Positions 31,169-42,943 of a stretch of 64,000 bases of DNA are shown one piece after another. Numbering within the stretch: position 1 is the stretch's first letter; every line of letters begins with the position of its first letter. Location of the stretch: sequence record OQ349392.1. One strand, 5' to 3'. The notes beneath the pieces are model-generated. The model searched no databases, was not told the origin of the DNA, and saw nothing but the letters and a program-made list of their open reading frames with translations. This DNA is from Escherichia phage KIT06. The position numbers and the translations under genes are program-made.

Positions 31169-32347
31169 ATGAGCACAGTTTTTAATACAAATCCAGTTGA
31201 TGTTTTAAAAGAACCTATGTTCTTCGGTTCAGGTCTTGGTATTGCACGTTATGATATTCAACGCCATAAAGTTTTTGAAGATTTAACCGAAAAGCAATTG
31301 TCATTTTTCTGGCGTCCTGAAGAAGTAAACTTGATGATGGATGCTGCACAATTTAACAAGCTTCCTCAGTATCAGCAAGATATTTTTACTAATAACCTGA
31401 AGTATCAATCACTTCTAGATAGCATTCAGGGTCGTGCACCGTCTGCTGTACTTATGTCATTAATTTCAGATCCAAGCCTTGATACATGGGTTGCTACATG
31501 GACTTTTAGTGAAACTATTCACAGTCGTTCATATACTCATATCATGCGAAATCTTTATACTGATCCATCGAAGGTATTTGATGAGATTGTACTAGATGAA
31601 GCTATCATGAAACGTGCTGAATCTATCGGTCGCTATTATGATGATGTTCTGACTAAAACCCGTGAATGGGAAAATGCTAAAGAATTTACAGAACTAGCTA
31701 AAGAATCTCCTGATGCTGTTTTTCGTTTAAATCGAGCTATTAAACAAGAAGCCGAAGCTAAACGAGCACTAATGAAATCTCTTTACCTCTGTTTGCACGT
31801 TATTAATGCCTTAGAAGCTATTCGTTTTTATGTATCTTTTGCATGTACCTTTAACTTCCATAAGAACATGGAAATCATGGAAGGTAATGCCAAGATTATG
31901 AAGTTCATTGCGCGTGATGAGCAGCTTCACCTTAAAGGCACTCAATATATTATTCGTCAACTTCAATCCGGTACTGATGGTGATGAATGGGTTAAAATTG
32001 CTCAAGAGTGTGAACAAGAAGCAGTTGATATTTTCATGGAAGTTAACCGCCAAGAAAAAGATTGGGCAGTTCATTTATTTAAAGATGGCGATGTTCCTGG
32101 ATTAAATACAAATAGCATGTGGAGCTTTATTGATTACTTAACTGTATCTCGTATGAAACAGTGCGGTCTTCCATGCCCAATTACTGATGCTCCGGTTAAA
32201 CATCCGTATCCTTGGATTCGTGAATACCTTAATTCTGATAATGTTCAATCCGCGCCGCAAGAAGTAGAACTGTCATCTTACCTTGTAGCACAGATTGATA
32301 ATGATGTTGATGATAAAGTTATGATGAGTTTTAAAAAATATTTTTAA
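31169..32347 (+). CDS. nrdB: Aerobic ribonucleotide reductase small subunit, uninterrupted (392 aa)
   Basis: Continuous ORF with di-iron ferritin-like motifs; no intron. Confidence 0.93.
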   Translation: MSTVFNTNPVDVLKEPMFFGSGLGIARYDIQRHKVFEDLTEKQLSFFWRPEEVNLMMDAAQFNKLPQYQQDIFTNNLKYQSLLDSIQGRAPSAVLMSLISDPSLDTWVATWTFSETIHSRSYTHIMRNLYTDPSKVFDEIVLDEAIMKRAESIGRYYDDVLTKTREWENAKEFTELAKESPDAVFRLNRAIKQEAEAKRALMKSLYLCLHVINALEAIRFYVSFACTFNFHKNMEIMEGNAKIMKFIARDEQLHLKGTQYIIRQLQSGTDGDEWVKIAQECEQEAVDIFMEVNRQEKDWAVHLFKDGDVPGLNTNSMWSFIDYLTVSRMKQCGLPCPITDAPVKHPYPWIREYLNSDNVQSAPQEVELSSYLVAQIDNDVDDKVMMSFKKYF

Positions 32348-32351
32348 GGAG

Positions 32352-32374
32352 TGGGCCGCAAGGCCCATTTTATT

Positions 32375-32375
<1 letters not shown>
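32352..32375 (+). terminator. Hairpin terminator after nrdB
   Basis: TGGGCC-GCAA-GGCCCA hairpin followed by TTTTATTAT. Confidence 0.55.
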
Positions 32376-33962
<1,587 letters not shown>

Positions 33963-33965
33963 GCT

Positions 33966-34019
33966 GTTTACAAGTCCCTCGTGTTGTGTTACAGTAGTCT
34001 TACTGACATAACATGAGGA
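33966..34019 (+). repeat. 54 bp promoter/5'UTR cassette, copy 1 (GTTTAC, imperfect inverted repeat, SD)
   Basis: Identical 54-mer also at 49061-49114. Confidence 0.8.
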
Positions 34020-34023
34020 CTTT

Positions 34024-34530
34024 ATGATGGATTTACAGCTTATTACTACTGAAATGGTCGTTGAAGCATACGGTGATACTACAGATGGGATTTCTGTATT
34101 TAAAGGAAATCGTCGAGTTGGATATATCACCGATCTTAAGAAAGATTTAGCTAAGCAAGTCAAGCGGAAAACGACTATTAAAGAATATCGAAATCGTCGC
34201 CTTGAGCAAGCCCGTGATATGCTTCCTGATGCGGTTGAGGAGATGAAAGTCTTTTTAGAAAATCAGCTTGCGAAATATGATTGTGATGTGTTCATTAATC
34301 AGACTCAACCTAATGTTCATATTAATAGCTGTAAATGCTACATCATCGTTAATCCTTTGACGGGAAAACATCGTCTTGGAATTAGTAATCCAAATCGTAG
34401 TGCATCAGATATGGCAGAAGATGTTGAGGCATGCTTTAAAATTTCTAAATCTCCGGCTGAACATCATATTTTAATTAACGGTCTTTCTCAAGACGATATT
34501 GTAGAGGTTATTAAAACTTTATGCATGTAA
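34024..34530 (+). CDS. alc: Alc, inhibitor of host transcription on cytosine DNA (167-168 aa)
   Basis: Length and position between rnlA and pseT-region ORFs; start may be the second ATG at 34027. Confidence 0.78.
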   Translation: MMDLQLITTEMVVEAYGDTTDGISVFKGNRRVGYITDLKKDLAKQVKRKTTIKEYRNRRLEQARDMLPDAVEEMKVFLENQLAKYDCDVFINQTQPNVHINSCKCYIIVNPLTGKHRLGISNPNRSASDMAEDVEACFKISKSPAEHHILINGLSQDDIVEVIKTLCM

Positions 34531-34874
34531 GTAATTTTACAGCTGGATTGCTATTACTTGTAATAGCATTTGGTGGAACATCTATTATTTTAAAAAATAA
34601 GGTAGAAAGATTAGAAACATCGGTTACTGAAATTACAAAAACGGCCAATGAAAACGCTTTAGCATTAGATAATTTGCGAATTCAGTATAATTATATTGAT
34701 GCGATGAATAATAAAAATCGTGAGGCAATTGCTGCTATTGAGCGTGAAAATGAAAAACTGCGCAAAGATGCAAAGAAGGCGGATGTGGTGGCTCATAAGC
34801 CAGGATTGGTTGAAAAACAAATCAACAACTCCTTCAACAAGTTCGCAGAAGACATCCAGGACCTTTCTAAATGA
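34521..34874 (+). CDS. Spanin inner-membrane subunit (Rz-like, 117 aa)
   Basis: N-terminal TM helix followed by coiled-coil-rich periplasmic domain; T4 pseT.3 position. Confidence 0.65.
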   Translation: MHVSNFTAGLLLLVIAFGGTSIILKNKVERLETSVTEITKTANENALALDNLRIQYNYIDAMNNKNREAIAAIERENEKLRKDAKKADVVAHKPGLVEKQINNSFNKFAEDIQDLSK

Positions 34875-35170
34875 TTAAACTATCGGCAGTAATATTATCT
34901 ATTGGTCTTCTAGTTGGTTGTTCGACAAAGCCTCTAGAAGTAAAGAAAGAAACAGTTCATCCTAATTGGCCTGTGCAAATAAAGTCATATGATGAAGCTA
35001 AACTATCTTGGCAAGTTAAAGTTATTGATGGTAAAGCTTGGGTCGGTATGCCATTTGAAGATTCCCAGGAATTTCGTATTTGGCTTAATGATGTAAAACG
35101 ATATGTACATGACCAAAAAACTATGATATGTTATTATCGTCAAGAGCTAAAAGAGGATAAATGTAAATGA
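34871..35170 (+). CDS. Spanin outer-membrane lipoprotein subunit (Rz1-like, 99 aa)
   Basis: Signal peptide with lipobox LVGC; immediately after the i-spanin, ATGA overlap. Confidence 0.65.
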   Translation: MIKLSAVILSIGLLVGCSTKPLEVKKETVHPNWPVQIKSYDEAKLSWQVKVIDGKAWVGMPFEDSQEFRIWLNDVKRYVHDQKTMICYYRQELKEDKCK

Positions 35171-35394
35171 TTTCATGGCATCAATTTGAACATCTCAAAG
35201 GATTGATTTATGAATCCGAGATGGCTGCAATGATTTATGGACGCCAGATTCAACGATTAGAATCTTTGCCTCCAACTAATGATGTTTTATTAGCTCAATC
35301 ACGCGCTAATCTTAAAAATGAATACCAAAATAAGTGGGGGTAAAGCATCTAAAGACCTGCATGATTATATTCAATCATTGGTTGAGAAAAATAA

Positions 35395-36602
<1,208 letters not shown>

Positions 36603-36666
36603 TGGCTTGGCACCATGAAACTTTGTCTATTATTGATTGGCTTGAAGAAAATTATGTGAGGTAAAT

Positions 36667-36942
36667 ATGTTTCCGACTTACTCTAAAATCGTAGAAGTAG
36701 TGTTTAGTCAAATTATCGCTAATAACATGTTTGAAAAGCTTGATAATGCAGCTGAGCTTCGAATCCACGCTCAAGTGACTCATGTATTGAACGCTTTGCT
36801 TCCAGACCAAGTGGATTCTATTGCAATTACGCTGTATCCAGGTTCCGCGCATATCATTGTCGTATTTGGTCTTGATGCTGAGCTAGTCATCAAAGGCGAT
36901 ATTCGTTTTGAATCGCAGACATCAGAATTCAAAGCAATTTAA
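36667..36942 (+). CDS. Hypothetical protein (91 aa)
   Basis: ORF with SD upstream. Confidence 0.5.
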   Translation: MFPTYSKIVEVVFSQIIANNMFEKLDNAAELRIHAQVTHVLNALLPDQVDSIAITLYPGSAHIIVVFGLDAELVIKGDIRFESQTSEFKAI

Positions 36943-36944
36943 TA

Positions 36945-36974
36945 GTTTACTTTACGGTAGAGTTGTGATATTAT
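36945..36974 (+). promoter_or_regulatory. Early promoter with stem-loop (GTTTAC-N18-TATTAT)
   Basis: GTTTAC 36945-36950, TATTAT 36969-36974, GGTAGAG/CTCTACC inverted repeat. Confidence 0.55.
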
Positions 36975-37003
36975 AGCTCTACCAAACAAATGAGGAAATT
37001 GAA

Positions 37004-37240
37004 ATGCTAAGTGAAAAACCAATTACTGTTAAAGAATTCCAAGAAAAAGTTAAACTATTTGCTCAGGAATTGGTAAATAAAGTTTCTGAACGATTTCCTG
37101 AAACATCGGTTCGTGTTATTACCGAAACTCCTCGTTCAGTATTAGTAATTGTGAATCCAGGTGATGGTGACCAAATAACACATCTCAAATTGGATTTTGA
37201 TGGATTAGTTGAAGCACAAAGGGTGTATGGCGTACTATGA
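37004..37240 (+). CDS. Hypothetical protein (78 aa)
   Basis: ORF with SD TGAGGAAA upstream. Confidence 0.5.
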   Translation: MLSEKPITVKEFQEKVKLFAQELVNKVSERFPETSVRVITETPRSVLVIVNPGDGDQITHLKLDFDGLVEAQRVYGVL

Positions 37241-37575
37241 TGAATTTAACTGATATAATTGATAATTGTCTTGAAAATGATACTGGCGATCATAGAGCGC
37301 TTGACTCTGAAACAGCACAGTTCATTAGAATAACTTTAATGAATGATACTCTAGTGAATAGTATTCATCCTTCTGTGTATGATGCTATTATTGTGACGAA
37401 GTATCCAGTTGAGCTTCACAAAAAGATGGCTGGTGCAATTTTTATTGATAAGAAAAACCGCTTTAAAGATGGGCAGAATATAATTAGTTCTGTTATTAAA
37501 AGTATAACTAAACTTCGTCACGAAATTTATCGTGTTGAAACCGCTAAATCTGCTTATCTGGTGATTATGAAATGA
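37237..37575 (+). CDS. Hypothetical protein (112 aa)
   Basis: ORF with ATGA overlap. Confidence 0.5.
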   Translation: MMNLTDIIDNCLENDTGDHRALDSETAQFIRITLMNDTLVNSIHPSVYDAIIVTKYPVELHKKMAGAIFIDKKNRFKDGQNIISSVIKSITKLRHEIYRVETAKSAYLVIMK

Positions 37576-38153
37576 AAGCGAGTACAGTACTTCAAATTGC
37601 ATATTTAGTATCACAAGAATCCAAATGTTGCTCCTGGAAGGTAGGAGCAGTAATTGAAAAGAATGGACGTATTATTTCTACTGGATATAACGGTTCTCCG
37701 GCAGGTGGTGTGAATTGCTGTGATTATGCTGCCGAGCAAGGTTGGTTGTTGAATAAACCTAAACATACTATCATTCAAGGTCATAAGCCCGAATGTGTAT
37801 CATTTAGTTCAACTGAACGTTTTGTCTTAGCGAAAGAACACCGTAGTGCTCACTCTGAATGGTCGTCTAAAAATGAAATTCACGCTGAACTAAATGCAAT
37901 TTTGTTTGCTGCACGAAATGGTTCTTCAATTGAAGGCGCTACTATGTATGTAACACTTTCTCCTTGCCCAGATTGTGCAAAAGCAATAGCTCAATCTGGA
38001 ATTAAAAAGTTGGTTTATTGTGAAACGTACGATAAAAATAAACCTGGCTGGGATGATATTCTGCGAAATGCGGGTATTGAAGTGTTTAATGTTCCTAAGA
38101 AAAACTTGAATAAGTTAAACTGGGAAAATATCAACGAATTCTGCGGTGAATAA
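37572..38153 (+). CDS. cd: dCMP deaminase (193 aa)
   Basis: Zinc-binding H-A-E and P-C-x-x-C deaminase motifs; same length as T4 Cd. Confidence 0.9.
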   Translation: MKASTVLQIAYLVSQESKCCSWKVGAVIEKNGRIISTGYNGSPAGGVNCCDYAAEQGWLLNKPKHTIIQGHKPECVSFSSTERFVLAKEHRSAHSEWSSKNEIHAELNAILFAARNGSSIEGATMYVTLSPCPDCAKAIAQSGIKKLVYCETYDKNKPGWDDILRNAGIEVFNVPKKNLNKLNWENINEFCGE

Positions 38154-38389
38154 TGAAATTTCGTTTGGTACAACTCACAGCAATTAGTTCTTATTCTAAT
38201 GAGAACATTTCATTTGCTGTAGAGTATAAGAAGCATTTTTTCTCTAAATGGAAGCAGTATTATAAGTCAAACTGGGTTTGTATTGATAATCCACATAGTT
38301 GGAAATCTGATTTAGAAAAATGCCAAAAATTGCTTTCCACTCTTAAAGAACGTGGAACAACTCATATTAAAACTGTGATAGGTAAATAA
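38153..38389 (+). CDS. Hypothetical protein (78 aa)
   Basis: ORF with TAATG overlap. Confidence 0.5.
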   Translation: MKFRLVQLTAISSYSNENISFAVEYKKHFFSKWKQYYKSNWVCIDNPHSWKSDLEKCQKLLSTLKERGTTHIKTVIGK

Positions 38390-38698
38390 ATGAAACTGAC
38401 GACTGAACAGAAAGTAGCAATTCGTGAAATTTTGAAAACTAAATTGTCCATGGGTATTTCAAACGTAGTTTTTGAAAAGTCTGATGGTACTATTCGTACT
38501 ATGAAAGGCACTCGTGATGCAGACTTTATGCCAACCATGCAAACCGGTAAATTGACTGAATCGACTCGGAAAGAATCTACTGATATGATTCCAGTATTTG
38601 ATGTTGAGCTTGGTGCATGGCGAGGTTTTTCTATTGACAAATTGATTTCCGTTAATGGTATGAAAGTTGAGCATTTGCTTCAATTTATTGGTAAATAA
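38390..38698 (+). CDS. Hypothetical protein (102 aa)
   Basis: ORF directly after the preceding stop. Confidence 0.5.
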   Translation: MKLTTEQKVAIREILKTKLSMGISNVVFEKSDGTIRTMKGTRDADFMPTMQTGKLTESTRKESTDMIPVFDVELGAWRGFSIDKLISVNGMKVEHLLQFIGK

Positions 38699-38754
38699 AT
38701 GCTTTAAGAATTATTTGTTATTATTAATTCATCTGTTAACAAAAAGGAAAAACG

Positions 38755-39090
38755 ATGTCTGAAGTACAACAGCTACCAATTCGTGCTGTCGGTGAATATG
38801 TTATTTTAGTTTCTGAACCTGCACAAGCCGGTGATGAAGAAGTCACAGAATCAGGACTCATTATCGGTAAACGTGTTCAAGGTGAAGTTCCTGAACTGTG
38901 TGTAGTTCACTCTGTTGGTCCTGATGTTCCTGAAGGTTTCTGCGAAGTTGGTGATTTGACTTCTCTTCCAGTTGGTCAAATTCGAAACGTTCCGCATCCT
39001 TTTGTAGCTCTGGGTCTTAAGCAGCCAAAAGAAATTAAACAAAAATTCGTTACCTGTCACTATAAAGCTATTCCGTGTCTTTATAAGTGA
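38755..39090 (+). CDS. 31: Co-chaperonin gp31 (GroES analogue, 111 aa)
   Basis: 111 aa; recognised sequence; position next to rIII. Confidence 0.9.
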
Positions 39091-39237
39091 TATAAATAAT
39101 AATATGAATTGGGTGTCGGAATAATAAGTTAACCGAACAATTCTATGTGGTAGTCTACAACTGAGAGATCTGTCGAAAGAAGATGAAATTCAGAAGAACG
39201 TGACTACCGAGTTTTAATCTCTAACGAGAATTTTTAA

Positions 39238-39486
39238 ATGATTAAACAATTACAACACGCTCTTGAACTGCAACGAAACGCATGGAATAATGGTCACGAA
39301 AACTATGGCGCATCTATTGATGTTGAAGCCGAAGCTCTTGAAATCCTGCGTTATTTCAAACATCTGAATCCTGCTCAAACTGCATTAGCTGCTGAGCTCC
39401 AGGAAAAAGATGAACTTAAGTATGCTAAGCCTCTGGCTTCTGCTGCACGAAAAGCAGTTCGTCACTTTGTGGTAACACTGAAGTAA
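39238..39486 (+). CDS. rIII: rIII lysis-inhibition accessory protein (82 aa)
   Basis: 82 aa, length and position match T4 rIII. Confidence 0.82.
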   Translation: MIKQLQHALELQRNAWNNGHENYGASIDVEAEALEILRYFKHLNPAQTALAAELQEKDELKYAKPLASAARKAVRHFVVTLK

Positions 39487-39841
39487 TTTATTGGAGATTC
39501 ACTGCCTTAGTGTGAGCTAAAATCGAGGAGCCGTCGAACTGTCTGATTAATGATTTGCGAATCATTATAGTTTTAAGACCCCGGCAGTTTTACGGTGTAC
39601 CTCTTGAATGTTATTCTTATAGCGGCAAGTGCATGCTACCCCGAGGTGATGGCTAATCGGGAGTACGCCTCAAGGCCTATATATCCATCAGTATATATCT
39701 TATCCTCGAGAAATCGAACCCGGAACCTTTAAGCTAACGGTGTGCAACAGATAAGAGCTATAAGGTATGATGACGGGTTTATGGTTATCCTGTCGGTAAA
39801 TATTCAAAACCTAAGTACCCCTTTGAGGGCTTTCGCAGGCA

Positions 39842-40060
39842 ATGCCAATAAGTCCTGCATTTTCATTTAAAAGAGAATTTATAATGGCAAAACAAGCTAA
39901 AGCAAAGAAAGCAGTTGAAAAGAAAGTTGGTGATTCTAAACGCGCTGGCTACAAGCGTGGGTCGAACTCTCGTATCAATCAAACTGTTGAGAAGATCATG
40001 CGCCGAGCACGTGCGGTTCTTCGAGATGATGCTTCTCGTTTTGGTAAGCAGAAAGCATAA
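39842..40060 (+). CDS. Hypothetical basic protein (72 aa; possibly 58 aa from ATG 39884)
   Basis: Lys/Arg-rich ORF followed by strong terminator; start uncertain. Confidence 0.45.
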   Translation: MPISPAFSFKREFIMAKQAKAKKAVEKKVGDSKRAGYKRGSNSRINQTVEKIMRRARAVLRDDASRFGKQKA

Positions 40061-40065
40061 GTTGA

Positions 40066-40090
40066 GGACTCCTTCGGGAGTCCTTTTTTA
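40066..40090 (+). terminator. Rho-independent terminator
   Basis: GGACTCC-TTCG-GGAGTCC hairpin plus TTTTTTA. Confidence 0.7.
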
Positions 40091-40113
40091 TTTTCCAAAG
40101 ATTGCACAAAGTT

Positions 40114-40143
40114 GTTTACAGTATAGTTCCTTTGTGATAGTAT
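40114..40143 (+). promoter_or_regulatory. Early promoter (GTTTAC-N18-TAGTAT)
   Basis: GTTTAC 40114-40119, TAGTAT 40138-40143. Confidence 0.55.
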
Positions 40144-40170
40144 TATCTTACACAAACAAAGGAGAATAAA

Positions 40171-40503
40171 ATGAAAACGATTAATCTGAACGCTACAGTT
40201 AAAACTAAATGCTTCAATGGTAAATATGATGAAACTATGTGGTTCTTAATGGCAGTTGAAGGTGATATTATTGAAGTAGAAACAACAGAAGGTATGGGAA
40301 CAGATTTCACCTTTACAATTCAAGTTCATAATTTCTTTACTGGTTGGATTTATGAATTGAATACAGTAATCGTTGGAAAAATTGAACAAAATGAATTGGG
40401 TGAATGGTATTATGTTACAGCTCGCCAGCGTGCCGAACGCTTAATTGAGAAGATGAAAAAAGTTGGTAAACTTGACATGCAGCACTGGAAAGTAGTAAAA
40501 TAA
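40171..40503 (+). CDS. Hypothetical protein (110 aa)
   Basis: ORF with SD AAGGAGAA. Confidence 0.5.
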   Translation: MKTINLNATVKTKCFNGKYDETMWFLMAVEGDIIEVETTEGMGTDFTFTIQVHNFFTGWIYELNTVIVGKIEQNELGEWYYVTARQRAERLIEKMKKVGKLDMQHWKVVK

Positions 40504-40505
40504 TT

Positions 40506-40536
40506 GTTTACTTTGGTACAGGATATGATATTATAT
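40506..40536 (+). promoter_or_regulatory. Early promoter with stem-loop (GTTTAC, GGTACAGG/CCTGTACC inverted repeat)
   Basis: GTTTAC 40506-40511; A/T-rich -10 region about 18 bp downstream. Confidence 0.5.
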
Positions 40537-40571
40537 ACCTGTACCGCAATTAAACATCTCGGAGAATAAAA

Positions 40572-40937
40572 ATGAACTACATCAACTTTGAACGTAAATA
40601 TGTTTCTAATGGTATTGCAGGTTCTATTGATACTATCTGCCTTTGGAAACATCAAAATGGATCAGTATGCGAAATTGAACAGTATATGACTCCTAACTAC
40701 GTTTATATGCGATTTGAAAATGGCATCACGGTTTCAATCACGAAAGAAGGTTCTTCTTTTAAAATCGCATTAGATGATGATTTCCGTCAACGTGATTTAG
40801 GTACCCATCCTTGCTGGAACGGCGTTAATCGTAAGCTTCTGGTTAAAACTTGGATTCGTCATATTCTGAGTAACAGAGCTAAACCTGAGCATCTTGAAGC
40901 GATCTTTGATGTAGTTCTTAACGAATTTGATATTTAA
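40572..40937 (+). CDS. Hypothetical protein (121 aa)
   Basis: ORF with SD GGAGAATAAA. Confidence 0.5.
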   Translation: MNYINFERKYVSNGIAGSIDTICLWKHQNGSVCEIEQYMTPNYVYMRFENGITVSITKEGSSFKIALDDDFRQRDLGTHPCWNGVNRKLLVKTWIRHILSNRAKPEHLEAIFDVVLNEFDI

Positions 40938-40977
40938 AATAAAACAGGGGCTTCGGCCCCTTACTGAGGAAAATACT

Positions 40978-41265
40978 ATGTTTATGACTACTTATTTTGA
41001 TACCCGTAAAAACTTCTGTGAAGTAGTTTTCTCTAAGGCGCCTAAAGACCTTCCTGCTCATTTGCAACCTACCAGTGAATCAATTAAAAACTACGTTAAT
41101 GTAGTCTGCCCTTTAGAGTTTCGTACTGTAAATGGGCGTGATACTCTAGCTATCACTAAACTTAATCGTGAAATTGACATTGACCCTTCAATTGCGCGTG
41201 AAATTAACATTTCTGATATTGGCGGCGGTAATGTTAAATCGCATGGTTTTCAGATGAGGTTCTAA
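40978..41265 (+). CDS. Hypothetical protein (95 aa)
   Basis: ATG at 40978 with SD TGAGGA; track ORF 40927.. would run through the GGGGC-TTCG-GCCCC hairpin at 40947-40960. Confidence 0.45.
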   Translation: MFMTTYFDTRKNFCEVVFSKAPKDLPAHLQPTSESIKNYVNVVCPLEFRTVNGRDTLAITKLNREIDIDPSIAREINISDIGGGNVKSHGFQMRF

Positions 41266-41462
41266 TGAAATTCTTTTTAGGTCAAACTGTTGAATTAAAG
41301 GGAGTTGGTATACCTGGATTAATTTCTAAGGTTCTATCTCCATTTAAATGGAGTGGTATTCAAATAAAAGAGGCTTATATTGTTTCCTGGGTAGATGGAA
41401 ATGAAGACCTTCGTATGGGCGATGAATTATCTCCTATCTATGGATTAAAGGAATTAGTATGA
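41265..41462 (+). CDS. Hypothetical protein (65 aa)
   Basis: ORF with TAATG overlap. Confidence 0.45.
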   Translation: MKFFLGQTVELKGVGIPGLISKVLSPFKWSGIQIKEAYIVSWVDGNEDLRMGDELSPIYGLKELV

Positions 41463-41665
41463 ATATAATTAATAAGATTTTTGGAATTCAGTACATTAAG
41501 GTCACATATAAAGTAACGTATAAAGGTCCGTATACCGATGAACATGAAGAGCCGCAAGTTAAGTCTATTATATTAGAAAAGGACCCTAACTGGCCAATTG
41601 AATTTCGTCTTCCTTGCTATGGTCATTGGGCTGATGTTGAAATTATAAGTATTGAAAATGTCTGA
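41459..41665 (+). CDS. Hypothetical protein (68 aa)
   Basis: ORF with ATGA overlap. Confidence 0.45.
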   Translation: MNIINKIFGIQYIKVTYKVTYKGPYTDEHEEPQVKSIILEKDPNWPIEFRLPCYGHWADVEIISIENV

Positions 41666-42116
41666 GTTAGAGATTAGAAGCAATTTTAGATGGCCATCAT
41701 GTGCATTAAGTAATTTCGCCCAATGGCCTTTTGTTATGGATGGTATCCAATTTGGAGGTCTCGAAGGATTCCTCCAAGGATGCAAGGTGAAAAATGTTGA
41801 ACAACAGCGTCGTATATTTGGGTTATCCGGGCTTGCCGCCCAACAAGCTGGAAGGTCTTATGCAAGAGCTCAGGACCATGGCACGTTGTTCTGGCTTGGA
41901 ACTCCGTTTTCAAGATATTCCGAAGCATGGAAAGAATTATACACAAATGCATATTTTGAAGCCGCGATCCAAAACAAGGGGTTTCGTGATGCCTTACAAG
42001 CCTCTAAAGGAAAAATTTTGAAGCACAGCATGGCTAGCGGTCTAACAAAAGATGATACAATACTAACCGAAGCTGAATTTATTGATGTGTTAAACCTATT
42101 AAGAGACTCTCTATGA
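41652..42116 (+). CDS. NADAR (YbiA-like) domain protein (154 aa)
   Basis: Motif LSNFAQWPFVMDGIQFGGLEGFLQGCK resembles the NADAR signature FSNFxxWP..DG......EhyfQaxK of E. coli YbiA. Confidence 0.6.
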   Translation: MKMSELEIRSNFRWPSCALSNFAQWPFVMDGIQFGGLEGFLQGCKVKNVEQQRRIFGLSGLAAQQAGRSYARAQDHGTLFWLGTPFSRYSEAWKELYTNAYFEAAIQNKGFRDALQASKGKILKHSMASGLTKDDTILTEAEFIDVLNLLRDSL

Positions 42117-42943
42117 AGCCAACTATTTTGACTGATATTGATGGAGTATGTTTAAGCTGGCAATCAGGCCTTCCTTATTTTGCTCAGAAATATAATCTTC
42201 CGTTAGAACATATTTTAAAAATGATCCAAGATGAGAAATTTATTTCTCCAGGTAAACTCTTTAATTGTGACGAAGAACTTGGCGTCAAGTTAATTGAAAA
42301 ATACAATCGTTCAGATTTTATTCGTTACTTGTCTCCGTATAAAGATGCCCTGTGTGTAATTAACAAATTAAAAGAAGATTATAATTTTGTAGCTGTTACA
42401 GCATTGGGTGATTCTATTGACGCTCTGTTGAATCGTCAATTTAATTTGAATGCTCTTTTTCCTGGTGCTTTCTCGGAAGTAATGATGTGTGGTCATGATT
42501 CTTCAAAAGAAGAGCTGTTCAAAAAGGCAAAAGAGAAATATAACGTAATTTGTTATATTGACGATCTCGCTCATCACTGCGATCATGCGAGTGAAATATT
42601 AAATGTTCCTGTTTATTGGATGGCTCGAGGGGAGCGTGATAATATTCCAAAAACTGCTCAGCGAGTTTATACATGGAATGATGTAGAAAATAAGCTTTTT
42701 TCGCCGAAGGAAAATAAAGAAAGTTTTGATAGTGAAAAAGCTATAAAAGATTTAATTGAGAAGATGGTTAAAAACGATTCTTTTCCTTGGAACACTACCT
42801 GGAGAACGCCTGGATTAAATCCTTATAATCATCCATATCAGACACATCCGTTTCAGACATGGAACTATATTAAACCTGGTGGCATAGAGTATTTGTATAA
42901 TAGACCTACTAGTGGTGATAATATTTTTCAAGGAGCATTCTAA
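42113..42943 (+). CDS. HAD-superfamily hydrolase-like protein (276 aa)
   Basis: N-terminal ILTDIDGV motif (HAD motif I, DxDG). Confidence 0.55.
   Translation: MKPTILTDIDGVCLSWQSGLPYFAQKYNLPLEHILKMIQDEKFISPGKLFNCDEELGVKLIEKYNRSDFIRYLSPYKDALCVINKLKEDYNFVAVTALGDSIDALLNRQFNLNALFPGAFSEVMMCGHDSSKEELFKKAKEKYNVICYIDDLAHHCDHASEILNVPVYWMARGERDNIPKTAQRVYTWNDVENKLFSPKENKESFDSEKAIKDLIEKMVKNDSFPWNTTWRTPGLNPYNHPYQTHPFQTWNYIKPGGIEYLYNRPTSGDNIFQGAF

Noticed and set aside
27435-32347. Group I introns or homing endonuclease ORFs in td and nrdB
   Set aside because: Both genes translate as single continuous ORFs of expected length; no intron is present.
39487-39841. Possible tRNA or group I intron in the GC-richer rIII to 30.9 spacer
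   Set aside because: No cloverleaf could be built: TCGAACCCGG (39713-39722) resembles a T-arm fragment but lacks a complementary stem and acceptor pairing; no flanking split exons for an intron. Kept only as an unexplained noncoding segment.
40927-40977. Upstream extension of the ORF starting at 40927
   Set aside because: The extension would translate through a GGGGC-TTCG-GCCCC hairpin and lacks an SD; ATG 40978 with SD TGAGGA is the more plausible start.
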